Source: Octopus bimaculoides (lineage: Eukaryota). Taken from it: DNA of 64,000 nt. Both the position numbers and the translations under genes were made by a program. Location of the stretch: NCBI RefSeq assembly GCF_001194135.2, contig NC_068989.1, positions 47,514,640 through 47,578,639 of the forward strand, in the 5' to 3' direction. Below, piece by piece: positions 38,236-50,199 of the stretch. The notes beneath the pieces are model-generated. The model worked only from the letters and a program-made list of their open reading frames with translations. It was not told the origin of the DNA and made no database searches. Numbering within the stretch: the first letter of the stretch is position 1; the number at the start of each line of letters is the position of its first letter.

Positions 38236-38652
38236 CATTTTAGGTAGAAGTAAAATTCACCCAACGAGGGATTCTATATAATTTCCGTAAGTGTATGCAT
38301 ATATATGTGGGGGGGGGGTCTAGTCGTGCATGTATATATATATATATATNNNNNNNNNNNNNNNNNNNNNNNNNNNNNNNNNNNNNNNNNNNNNNNNNNN
38401 NNNNNNNNNNNNNNNNNNNNNNNNNNNNNNNNNNNNNNNNNNNNNNNNNNNNNNNNNNNNNNNNNNNNNNNNNNNNNNNNNNNNNNNNNNNNNNNNNNNN
38501 NNNNNNNNNNNNNNNNNNNNNNNNNNNNNNNNNNNNNNNNNNNNNNNNNNNNNNNNNNNNNNNNNNNNNNNNNNNNNNNNNNNNNNNNNNNNNNNNNNNN
38601 NNNNNNNNNNNNNNNNNNNNNNNNNNNNNNNNNNNNNNNNNNTATATATATA

Positions 38653-38687
<35 letters not shown>

Positions 38688-38809
38688 AACAAAATAAAAC
38701 TGGGTGTTACCCATGAGTAAAAATATAAGGAAAAGAATTTGAAAATGCAGGAGTATTTCAGAAATATTTATTAACCTAACCGGTTTCACTTATTTAAAAT
38801 GATTTTCAA

Positions 38810-38991
38810 GAGTAAAATGTGAAGTTTCGCGTATCCTCTGTGGTGTCAAAAACTAATTTACAAAAATGTAATCAAAGCAAGTGATAGAGTCTTTGACAAT
38901 AGTATTCTATCACTTGATTTGAATACATTTATGTCAAACTAATTTTTGACACCACAAAGGATACGCAAAATCTCATACTTTACATTTACTC
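38810..38991. repeat. Long imperfect palindrome (foldback)
   Basis: Core arms 38829-38890 and 38904-38966 with about 7 mismatches and 1 indel; 13-nt loop; extends about 20 bp further with a 6-bp indel. Confidence 0.9.
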
Positions 38992-39627
38992 AAGGACAGA
39001 TTCCTGCCAAGGCACACCACTATAAGATCTTGTAGATCGTCACTGGTTATCTACATTTGTCATTTGTTATCAGCCAAAGAACAAAACAGATCCATATGAC
39101 TGACAAGATTTCTGACTGAAGAATATGACCAAAGAGCAACTGTTCGTTTATGTCTTCTTAATGCTTCGCTTTTGATGGCGAGAACTTCTAAATATGAGTT
39201 AATTTTTATTGGAAGTGATCCTTGAATTTGCTTGTGTATACCTGATTATATTTGTGTTGGTCTATATGTGTGTGAGCACGCCTGTGTGTGAGTACGCCTG
39301 TGTGTGGTAGTGGTGGTGGTGGGGAGTGGGACTGGAGATGATGTTGCAGTTATAGGTGAGTACCACAACAATTTCTTCTTTGATTTTACAAATTATTAAC
39401 ATAATCAGGTCACTACACAATATTTTGGTATATTCCACTCATATTTTACCAGACAAGCATGCACACAGACAGCCACATATATGTAATTTCACAAACATAC
39501 ACACACATACATGTATATATTTATATGTGCATTTCTGTATATATATACCGGAATATATATACCGGAGTATATATATACCGGAGTAAGCACATAAAATGTG
39601 CAACAAGGTGGAAAAAAGAGTACTCAA

Positions 39628-39900
39628 ATACCAGAGGTAGAGTAATATGCTTTATTTAAAAGCAGCAGAAATATAACAAAAGACTGTTACTCTGAGTTTC
39701 ACGTTCCCGATCATCGGACAGTTTTATTGATTCGACTGTCAACCATACGATCAAGTTAGATGCAGCGCCGACCGCTGCAAAGGAGAGTATATCCACTGAC
39801 TGCTTTCCACTGCGTTCAAAAATCACACACCTACAATTTTCCATGACAGGTTAGGGCCTGGATTCTTCTAAACGGATGCATGACATGTCACTTAGTTGAA
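39628..39900 (-). mobile_element. Penelope-type terminal-repeat-like element
   Basis: Hammerhead-like motif at 39722-39683, followed about 30 nt later by AATAAA (39656-39651) on the minus strand. This arrangement is known from Penelope-like pseudo-LTRs. Confidence 0.45.
39683..39722 (-). ncRNA. Candidate minimal type-I hammerhead ribozyme motif (U4C variant)
   Basis: ACTGT-CCGATGA-TCGGGAACGT-GAAA-CTCAGAGT-A-ACAGT: 5-bp stem I, 3-bp stem III, GUA triplet. Confidence 0.5.
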
Positions 39901-40061
39901 TTAGCCCATCACATTTACTCCACAAATGTTTTGTCGTCAATGCTGCATTTTCCCGTACCACTTGTTTCAACATAACTGTAATATACGTACAAACTATGCC
40001 ATTTTAATCCCGAGCAACGCTGGGTATCTCTGTTAGTATATACATATATACCTCCATGTGT

Positions 40062-40446
40062 GTGGAAGCGCAATGGCCCAGTGGTTAGGGCAGCGGACTC
40101 GCGGTCATAGGATCGCGGTTTCGATTCCCAGACCGGCCGTTGTGAGTGTCTATTGAGCGAAAACACCTAAAGCTCCACGAGGCTCCGGCAGGTGATGGTG
40201 GCGAACTCTGCTGTACTTTTTCACCACAACCTTCTCTCAATCTTTCTTCTTGTTTCTGTTGTACCTGTATTTCAAAGGGCCAGCCTTGTCACACTGTGTC
40301 ACGCTGAATCTCCCTTTGAACTACGTTAAGGGTACACGTGTCTGTGGAGTGCTCAGCCACTTGCACATTAATTTCACGAGCAGGCTGTTCCGTTGATCGG
40401 ATCAACTGGAACCCTCGACGTCGTAAGCGACGGAGTGCCAACACAC
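40062..40446 (+). mobile_element. SINE family C, full length with 12-bp target-site duplication
   Basis: A-box TGGCCCAGTGG, B-box GGTTTCGATTCC; TSD ACCTCCATGTGT at 40050-40061 and 40447-40458. Confidence 0.92.
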
Positions 40447-41164
40447 ACCTCCATGTGTACGTGTGTAGGGGAAATAGATAGGAACGAAGAATATGAGTGA
40501 AACTGATAGAAAGAGAGAGCGGGGGAAAGAGAAAGAGAAAGACAGGGAAGTGGAAATATGTTTACTTAATAACCATATAAGACCATATAAGTGCCACATG
40601 ATATAGCTGCTGGTACCACGTGGCACATAATTCAGAAGTATAGAAAAAGCATGACGTTTGTACAAATTCGAAATCTGTTAGGTTTAACTTTAATAGGAAA
40701 ATCCCCAAATGATAAGCCTTATCTAATATTGACACAAATATTGCAATTGAAGAAATTTACATTTGCATGCGTATGTATGTTAGTGCGCATGCGTTGTTTT
40801 CAATGTGTTGGTATCAGTGTAATACTGTATAGAAATATTTATCTATTTTCCTATCTACAACGGGAAAGGGATAAACGTGGAGCGTCGCGTTGGTATTTGA
40901 TAAAAAGATGACACCATAGATAACGACGTTGTGTATGGGTGCGATTAATTTTCTTTGTGCTAGTGAGGTTAGACACAGAAAGAAAAGATTATGTATTTGG
41001 CTGTGTGTACGTGTCTGTGTGTGTGCGTTTGTGTGCCTGCGTTTATATCTATTTTCCTATATCTCTTGGTCCGTATTTGTGTTATGTCTATCTATCTATC
41101 TATCTATATTTTTGTCTATCAATCTATCTATCTAACTCCCTCTTACTTTCTCTTTGTATCCATC

Positions 41165-41205
<41 letters not shown>

Positions 41206-41962
41206 CTGGCTTTCTCTCTCTCTATCTATTTACCTCTAGCTTTCTCTCTCTATCTATCTATCTATNNNNNNNNNNNNNNNNNNNNNNNNNNNNNNNNNNN
41301 NNNNNNNNNNNNNNNNNNNNNNNNNNNNNNNNNNNNNNNNNNNNNNNNNNNNNNNNNNNNNNNNNNNNNNNNNNNNNNNNNNNNNNNNNNNNNNNNNNNN
41401 NNNNNNNNNNNNNNNNNNNNNNNNNNNNNNNNNNNNNNNNNNNNNNNNNNNNNNNNNNNNNNNNNNNNNNNNNNNNNNNNNNNNNNNNNNNNNNNNNNNN
41501 NNNNNNNNNNNNNNNNNNNNNNNNNNNNNNNNNNNNNNNNNNNNNNNNNNNNNNNNNNNNNNNNNNNNNNNNNNNNNNNNNNNNNNNNNNNNNNNNNNNN
41601 NNNNNNNNNNNNNNNNNNNNNNNNNNNNNNNNNNNNNNNNNNNNNNNNNNNNNNNNNNNNNNNNNNNNNNNNNNNNNNNNNNNNNNNNNNNNNNNNNNNN
41701 NNNNNNNNNNNNNNNNNNNNNNNNNNNNNNNNNNNNNNNNNNNNNNNNNNNNNNNNNNNNNNTGTGTGTGTGTATGTGCATAAATATATATACATATATA
41801 CATGAAATATATGAATTAATATACCATATATTATCCACACACATGCAGGTGAAAATATACAAATCCACATGTGATTTTGGCATTTTCCCTATATTTGTGC
41901 CTGTGTGCATGTACATATATATATGTATATATATGCATATATATATGTGGGGGGGGTTGTGC

Positions 41963-41997
<35 letters not shown>

Positions 41998-42519
41998 TGT
42001 GTGGGTGCACGTGTGTGTGTACGCTATATCAGGTATAAATTAAACTCCCAGTTATACGTTAGCATTAACAAAAAAAATCAGCATATGCGAATGCTGTACA
42101 GCAACATGAGTTACATTATTACTATTGCAGGGTATCTTTCCTCAGGAAAGGTCAATCAGTTAAGAACATTTCATTTAACATCATAAGAAGAAATTAAAAA
42201 CTGCTTACATAACATTAAGTTCCATCAAGACTGTGTTAAACTGCTTGTTTTTTTAAAGATTGCTTATTCTTTTATATAATTACTAATCTTTATTAAAGAA
42301 AAGATCTTTTTCAGGTTATACATGTGTGTGTGTGTTTCCGTGTATGTGTGTGTGTGTTTCTGCGTGCGTGTGTGTGTGTGTATGCGTGTATGTGTGTGTG
42401 CGTGTACGTGTGTGAGAGAGAGAGATCGTGAAAGTACGAGGGCAGAAAGAGAGAGCGAGAGACAGAGAGACAGAGAATGTGTGCGTGTGTGTGTGTAACG
42501 TGTAATATAATATTCCTAA

Positions 42520-42650
42520 ATTTCTTTTGATATTCGAATCATCAAAGAATTTCAAGTCAACTGCGTGTAGAGATTCGTTTTCACATTTCCTTAAGTATAA
42601 ATCCAATATGAACGAAGGACGAATTCCTTGGAAGCAATATAATTGCACTT
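42520..42650 (-). pseudogene. Possible CR1-type RT remnant
   Basis: FQGIRPSFILDLYL...SLHAVDLKFFDDSNI resembles QGS.LGP.LF.IY.ND...LFADD. Confidence 0.35.
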
Positions 42651-43260
42651 ATATGATCTCACAATATTCCTTGAATATCCCTAAGTATGCACACAGAATG
42701 TTTAAACCATCCTTCATGTTTCTGCAATATGCTACCCGTCGCTAACAGCGTTAGAAATATAATTAGATTACAGTTAGACGTTAAGCGTCTTTCTGACACA
42801 GGATGAGAATATATCATATCATTTTATAAGGCAGCTTGTAGGTAGAAGGCTCTTTTCTTAATAGAAAGAAATACAAGAGAATTGCTAGCAACTTTTATTA
42901 TATCGAGAATAAATATAGTGGAATCAAGACGTTTATTTCTTCCTCATAATACTTCAGAGGTAGATGTAAAGTGTATCTGATATGTATAAATGCACTCCAA
43001 GACAAATGTTTGCTATTATTCTGTTTTTGGAATTAAAAACCTTCTCTTATTCAATATCAGTACAAAGATAATATATCAGAATATAGAATGATATTGCATT
43101 CGTGAAATTTTTTCCCGGAACTTACAGTAAATATCAACTAAGTTGTCTCGTTGAGTTCAGGTATAGAATATGGTATCGGTTAAACGCTGGATGAAGAAAT
43201 GATACATATATAAATTCAGCAGACGTACTATGATGTTTGAGTTTTAGGACTGTATTCTGT

Positions 43261-43878
43261 ATTCTATTTTTGTTTAACTTGCTTCGGTTGTTTGACTGCG
43301 GCAATGCTGGATCACCACCTTGAAGGGTTTTAGTCGAACGAATCGACCCAAAGACTTATACTTATTTTTAAAGCCAAGTACTTATTGTACCAGTTCTTTT
43401 GCCGAACCGCTAGGTCACAGGAGCCTAAATACACCAACACCGGTTCTCAAGCAGAGATGGGAAACAAACACACACACACATACACATATATGCACGACAG
43501 GCTTCTTTCAGTTTCTGTGTACCAAATCCATTTACAGGGATATAGTAGAAGACACTTACCCAAGGTGCCATGCAGTGGTACTGAACCTGGAGCCATGCTT
43601 TTAGAATTAAAACCTCATATTCAATATCAGTACAACGATAGTATATCAATATATAGAATAGTATTGTGTGCGTGGAATTTTTTCCCGGAACTTAGATAAT
43701 TTTTTTGCAACAAGTCTCGTTGCCTTCAGGTATAGAATATGGCATCGATTAAATGCTAAATCAAGAAATACTACATGGATCAATTTAGCAGACAAACTAG
43801 GTGCTATGCAGTGGGACTGAACCCGAAATAATGTGATTGGGAAGCAAGGTTCTTACCACACTGCCACACCTTTGCCTA
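43261..43878 (-). mobile_element. SINE family A carrying a nested copy of its own flank
   Basis: SINE sequence at 43261-43600 and 43799-43878; 43604-43799 duplicates 43030-43230. Confidence 0.8.
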
Positions 43879-43958
43879 TATGAATAAAATTTGATGAATG
43901 ACATATCACAGCCTCATGTAAAACATAAAAGTTGGCAAAGAAAGATTGTTTCAATAAG

Positions 43959-44682
43959 GCACTTACTGATACTGGAATGGCATTCGTGGAAGTTTGTCAA
44001 ATGCAGTATATGGCATTTACTATAGCTTCAAGCTGGTAATGGCATTACAGCAACGCTTTTAGAAGTTGACGACCTGCACACTCCATTTGGAAACTGTCTC
44101 TCGATATCATGACCCGATGTGAACAACTACTCAAGCAGGAACAAATTCCTGCAAAGTTTGAAGGGGATCATTTGGTATGAAATAACCATAAATCACAAAC
44201 GATTAGTTAGAGCATGGACTTAACAAAATAGAATCTGAGAGACAGCTCATCAGTTATAGGAGAAAGAGTTGATATTGTTCTTAAAGTCGATATTAAACCT
44301 CACTTGTATTTCCTCGAATGTAACCAAATGAGCAGATGAATATTTTCTTAAAAACCTATTTTCTCTGGCCTTCATGTACCAGGACTGGCCCTTACTACTA
44401 TTATGCGAGGACGTTTGAATGGGGGTAATGCTATTTGTAGATTCGACAAAACCCTGTTCAAACTGGAAAACGGACTTCTAGAATGGGGCTTCAAGGACAA
44501 AATTAATTTTCGCTTGGTTATTTAAATGAAGCGGAACAAGAACTGATGGGTTTTTTTCTAAGGTATATTTCAGACAATGTTATCACTAACAGATCTGAGA
44601 ACGAATAACCTTACCACAGGAAAATGACGTGGTGTGATGAGTCAACAGAATGCTACTGGACAAGCTATACGGTGAGAAAACC
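43959..44682 (+). pseudogene. Helitron PIF1-like helicase remnant
   Basis: Broken frames give MAFTIASS, GITATLLE, RPAHSIWKLSLDI, KGIIWYEITINHK and ERITLPQENDVV**VNRMLLDKLYGEK, in the order of Helitron helicase motifs (SSGIAATLL..GRTAHS.FKLP, LIIWDE, ERAILAP.N). Confidence 0.7.
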
Positions 44683-44770
44683 AGCTAAAGATCAATTTTT
44701 ATAGTCACGTCATAAAACCTATTTCCATTTTATTCAACGGAATTTGCACTGTGCATTAGTTTACTGCATT

Positions 44771-44830
44771 AAAGTGCATCAAGATGCATCAAGATGCATC
44801 AATATGCATCAAGATGCATCAAAATGCTAT
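44771..44830. repeat. 10-bp tandem repeat (AAGATGCATC)n, about 6 units
   Basis: Direct reading. Confidence 0.9.
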
Positions 44831-45035
44831 ATAATCGCCTCTATTATACCGTATAATCCTGCATTTCTTTATAAAATGCTATAATATGCTGCAGTATAAT
44901 ATACTAGGCTACATTAAACTGTAGAACATTTTACCGCAGTATCTAAAAGTGGATCAAAGTTGACATCCCGAGCCGTAGGTTCATATGCTGAACTAAAAGT
45001 CACGCACCAATATTCAGCCTCTTCGACAATAACGT

Positions 45036-45109
45036 CGGACCGACAAAACCTTCTGAGTGTATTGGTAGACGGAAACTGAAAGAAGCCCGCCATATGTGTG
45101 TGTGTGTGT

Positions 45110-45194
<85 letters not shown>

Positions 45195-45395
45195 CGTCCC
45201 GCACCAACGCTTAACTGGTTTTGGTGTGTTTACGTGCCCGTACCTTAGCAGCTCGGGAAAAGAGACCGATAGAATGAGTACTACGCTTAAAGAAGGTACC
45301 AGAGACAATTCATTCGATTAAAAATTCTTCAAGGCTGTGCTTCAGCCGCATTCATTGACTGAAAAAAAGTAAAAGATAAAAGGATAAAAGATAAA
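45036..45395 (+). mobile_element. SINE family A, 5'-truncated, with long internal (TG)n
   Basis: GGTAGACGGAAACTGAAAGAAGCCCG-(TG)n-...GACCGATAGAATGAGTACT...(AAAAGAT)n tail. Confidence 0.85.
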
Positions 45396-45419
45396 TGACA
45401 TTGTAGTCTATTCCACATT

Positions 45420-46120
45420 TTCACTATATTGCATAACAATACATTTATACATTTTACTATCCCAGACGACACTACTCGACACCAGTGCTCCACAATCTTT
45501 TTTTTTTGTTTTTCTTTTGGTATACTTATATTCTTTTCAAAATTCTCTGGCATACCCGAACTAAAAAATATAACTAAAGGTATAGGAAAAATATTATATT
45601 CCAGTAACACTGCGGCACACCTGGAATCGTCTCGTGGTACACCTGTGTTCTGCGGCATACCAGTTGCGGAGTACTATTCTATACCATACAACGCTATAAT
45701 ACACCATGCTACACGAAACTATATTAAGCTCTACTGCACTGTACTATAATAATAATGCGCTAGCATGCACCACAATTATACGGCATTATACTTACACCAC
45801 AGTATTTTTCTGCACTACAGTGCAGTTTCACTTATTGCTATAGTCGTATAATAAACCCACACAAGCATGAAAAACTGAACATAAAATGGTGATGATAATG
45901 AAATACTATAGGAGGCTGCAACACACTTTACCACACTAAGCTTTCACTGTACTATACTACATGCCATTTCATTCTTTTATACTATTCAACGCAACAATAT
46001 TCTATGCTATCCTACACAAACTCTATATTGCAGTACTGTACACAAGACAGCATTGCATTACGTGATACTAAAAGACAATATATTATAGTAAACTTCACTA
46101 CACTATATTCCATTAAATAT
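45420..46120. repeat. Cryptic 5-bp-periodic low-complexity tract
   Basis: At 45940-46100 it parses as TTCAC TGTAC TATAC TACAT GCCAT TTCAT...TATTC TATGC TATCC TACAC. Confidence 0.6.
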
Positions 46121-46274
46121 ACCGAGGTCGATTCTATGAACTAGACCACTTTCATATTATAGTGTGATGTTGTGCCAAAAGAAGAAATCAATAATTACTT
46201 TATCACAATATATTGTAACCTTGAGATATAAACTGACATCAATTTGAAGCATTAATATATTATTGCATTATCTT

Positions 46275-46465
46275 TTTAACAAAGGCACAAGGCCAGAAAT
46301 TTGAGAGGAGGCGATTATATCGACTGTAGTGCTTGATTAGCACTTATTTTATCGACGCCGGGAAGGATGAAAAGCAAAGTTGATCTCTAGGAATTAAACA
46401 GCCACATCATTTATCGCAATGCATTTTTCACCGACACGCTAACGTGTTTGCAATATACTGCTCTT
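46275..46465 (-). mobile_element. SINE family B
   Basis: GGCACAAGGCCAGAAATTT...TTTTATCGACGCCGGGAAGGATGAAAAGCAAAGTTGA. Confidence 0.7.
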
Positions 46466-46789
46466 AATAAACACATAAGAGACGTCACAATGTAACAGAC
46501 AGCGATGCTAAATTATACTATCTATATAACAGCATATAACATATTTACTATTTAAAGTACGAGTGATACATTGACAAAAATCGTAGACGGTATCGCCTTA
46601 AAGAATTGGATTCATGAATTCAAATACGACCAAATTCATTATTGACAATAGTCCACCAGGAACCAATAAATTAATAACTATCAACGGTGTAGTTTCATTT
46701 AATTGTTTGTTTAGTATGCCAATAAAAATGATGGGTTTGTATAAAATTATTAACGTGCCCAACTTACAGCGGTGGACTGGATAAAATAA

Positions 46790-47000
46790 TCCTTTCTACT
46801 ATAGGCAGAAGGCCTGAAATTTTGTGGGAGGGGTATTGTCGGTTATATCGATAACAGTTCTGAACTATTACTTATTTTATTGACACTGAAAGGATGAAAA
46901 GTAAAGTTGACCTCGGCGGAATTCAGAATCAGAACGTAAAGACGGACGAAATGCCGTTAAGAATTTTATCTGGCGCGCCAACTATTTTGCCACCTTACCA
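46790..47000 (-). mobile_element. SINE family B
   Basis: TTTTATTGACACTGAAAGGATGAAAAGTAAAGTTGACCTCGGCGGAATTCAGAATCAGAACGTAAAG. Confidence 0.8.
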
Positions 47001-49525
47001 CATAGGACTGGTTACTCCAAGTAATATTCAAGTACGTTAATTTTTTTCCTAATACCTTCTGACTCAAATCTTCCTATTCCCTTCCTGCGTGATTAAGCAA
47101 CTTCCAACGTATTCTAATATCGATTTAATTGATGAAACACTTCCCTAGAAACAATAAACAATGCATATGTTCTGACGGCAACACTTCAACCTACTGCATG
47201 GCTTATGCTACAGTAACAAATCTGTAAAACATGACAATTCGTTCTTCGGTTGCGTAGATGATCCAGACACCCCCGTTTCTGCACTGCTTGAGGCGGAACG
47301 GAAATACCTGGCAGTTCTCTTATTTTACACATATTGTGCGATAAAAGTCCATCAGTGAGGATATTTCATGATCTGCAGGCGTGCGGTAACTCGACTGCCG
47401 CTGCAAAATGTCAGTTGTTTCTTTGTGATTCGAAAAAAGAGATCGAGTCCTTGGTTATACTGAACTTGGATTATAGTAAGGGTGGTTTGCGCTTGACGTC
47501 TCATCTCATTCTCTCGTCCATGAATTCTTAGACCAGTTGCAAGGCGACTAAAATGACTGATGGGAGGTAATATCAAAGATGTATTGGGGCATCGAGGTTG
47601 GTCTATGTCGCTGAACGTGTTTGAATTACAAGTTTGATGGTTGGAGTTTTGCAGAGTACAACCGGTAAAAACATGTTTGCATCACATCAATATATTATAC
47701 AACACAACACGGCAACAACTTCAGTATAATACCTAAAAACGTGGGCATTGGAGCGCGAAGAAAAATATCATTTAATTACGTACCGTACCCTTTTCAAATA
47801 GCGCCTGTAGCTTCTTTACTCTTAGTCCTTTAGGGATATATAAAACAAAGTATCATCTTTTGCTAAAATATATTTTATCGACTGTACCCCCGTAGAAAAT
47901 TACGTGGCTATATGCCAACGTGAGACTTCAACAGTACACATATGAATCGTTATATGTAAGAAACACTGAAATAATTTAAGTCGTTTCCAGCTCAATAGTT
48001 CATCTATTTCTAGAGTATAAACATGTTTCCAATAACAAGCACTTACGAAAATGGTCGGACACCGAAGTGGTCGCGTAATTTTAGCTGCCCTAAATGTTGT
48101 TTTATTATGCCAATATTCTAACTGACCTTAGTAATGTACTTTAAAGAAATTACAGTGAATTTAAGTACAGTGGCAAATCTAGTTATAAGTTATTGATACT
48201 TCCACAAGTATTATACAACTGAAAAGAAAGTCTACATCTACACACACACGCGCGCGGAAGACACAGTCGTGAAGACACACAAATACGCATATAGATACAT
48301 ACATACATACATACACCAAAAACTGAATAGTCAAGAAGTATGCTTAGCTTTCACAAAGCCGCTGATTCGATTTCACTGCATAGCATCTCGAAGAAAATTT
48401 TTTCTTGGGTCGACTCAAGCCTTTTGAATGAAATTGCATAGATAAAAACTGTACAGAATCCTGAAAGATGAATTGCACCTGAAATTCAAAAATATAGCCT
48501 TGTCACTGCCTGAGAATTTTATTTAGACTACATGTGTCTGCGGAATACTCAACAATTTATACGTTAATTCAATGAGGAGATGATGTTCATCTCAAACCGA
48601 CAGGGATCTTATTTATTATCCAGTTGCAAAATTCCTAATCATCGGTAAAACGAGTTGGACAATGACCGGAAGTCAATAGTTTTACATCGAACAGTCTAGA
48701 ATAAGAGGAGGAGGAGATGGCGATGATGCAGTTGCAGCAACAGCTTATTAGATGCAACAACAATTATCTCTACACTTCTGTGTGATTCGAAAACACACCA
48801 TTAACGTCGATGGATTAATTACGACGAAAATCACCACCATCCGATGAAAATATTGAAAAATACCTTATTTCTAAAAATAGCGTAAACAGAGGTAGAAAGC
48901 AGGTCTCACACACTTTTGATGTATCTGTGACTCTGAGATTTGTCGGAGAAAGACATCTTGTCAATCTTAAAGCAGAAACGTGGTCCGACTGCTGCCCTTG
49001 AGTAAAATCCACCAACAAAATCATTCAAAGTTCAGACCATTGGCCCAAGCCGGACACTCAATTAAGTCGAACACCTAAGCCTAGGAAGGCTCCTTTCAGC
49101 AGTATTCTACGGAGTTGGTATGCTACAAATATCATTGACAAAACATTATTCGACAGGCTGTTGAGATAAGAAATATTTACCAGATGTGCAACATGGTAAC
49201 ATCTGACCGGTAACTACGACGTTTAGAAGTGAACGTCTTATCCATACACCCATAATTTAGCTACGAGGCTCTTTGCATAATGTAAGTGACTTATTGCAAA
49301 TATTCGCATTATTCTCCTACTGGCCATCATATTTAAATGCACTAATGACGCACAAGCAAGGCCAACATCTCATAGATTCCATCTAATATAAATCTGAACG
49401 AAGAATGCATATGGAAACTAAATTATTCAACTTGAGAGAGGATGTATACTTGGATTCGGTGAATAAAATGTAATGGAAAAATGTGTGCGGACCTTCATAT
49501 CACCAAAACGACGGACACTGGTGTG

Positions 49526-49573
<48 letters not shown>

Positions 49574-50199
49574 TCATATACACGTATGCGTGTGTTTACA
49601 TGTATGTATAAATGTGTGTTTTTGTGTATGCTATATATATATATATTATTGATACAACCAACTTTAAGAAATGGAACTACGACAACATTGCCGTCAATCG
49701 CAAACAATTATGATTTGACGATATGTATGAGTCTTTCGTAGTTGGGAGCGGACATAAACACCTGTTCGTATTTTTCCGCACTTGATACAGTGGAACATGA
49801 CGTAAATTATCCTTTATTTAGACTGAAGCGAAGGTGAAATGAAATACTGTTACTGTTCTCAAGGTCTCAACGCACTACCTTCTCCAGGAATCGATCACAT
49901 ACCGTTACGATCATGAGTTTATCAGAGTAAATACTACATTGCACAACGTGTTCTAAAATTAACTTTGGATCCCGACAGGCTAGATAATTTAAGAAGATTA
50001 CATACTTAAAACCAAAGAAAGATACCAGGCATTAAAATAGAACAGATGAAAAAAAAATAGTAAAAGAAAATAAACAACTAAATAATAGCATTGAAGCTAT
50101 AAACAGTGAGAAGGTAAATCACGAGGATAAACAGAATTACTCCAACGTAAATATGAATGCAAGTGAATATGAGAATTATCTCAGAGTAGACGTATATAA

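Noticed and set aside
39539-39584. Three copies of TATATATACCGGAG
   Set aside because: Real, but best explained as ordinary slippage at a (TA)n repeat.
34455-40140. tRNA-like sequences at 34455 and 40062 as tRNA genes
   Set aside because: A/B boxes are present, but there is no complete cloverleaf and they continue into repeat bodies; they are SINE heads.
47090-47580. Possible RTE endonuclease remnant on the minus strand
   Set aside because: Only vague similarity; not supportable.
48700-49250. Possible Gypsy gag/protease remnant (Q-rich start; IIDKTLFDRL)
   Set aside because: No intact diagnostic motif or LTR seen.
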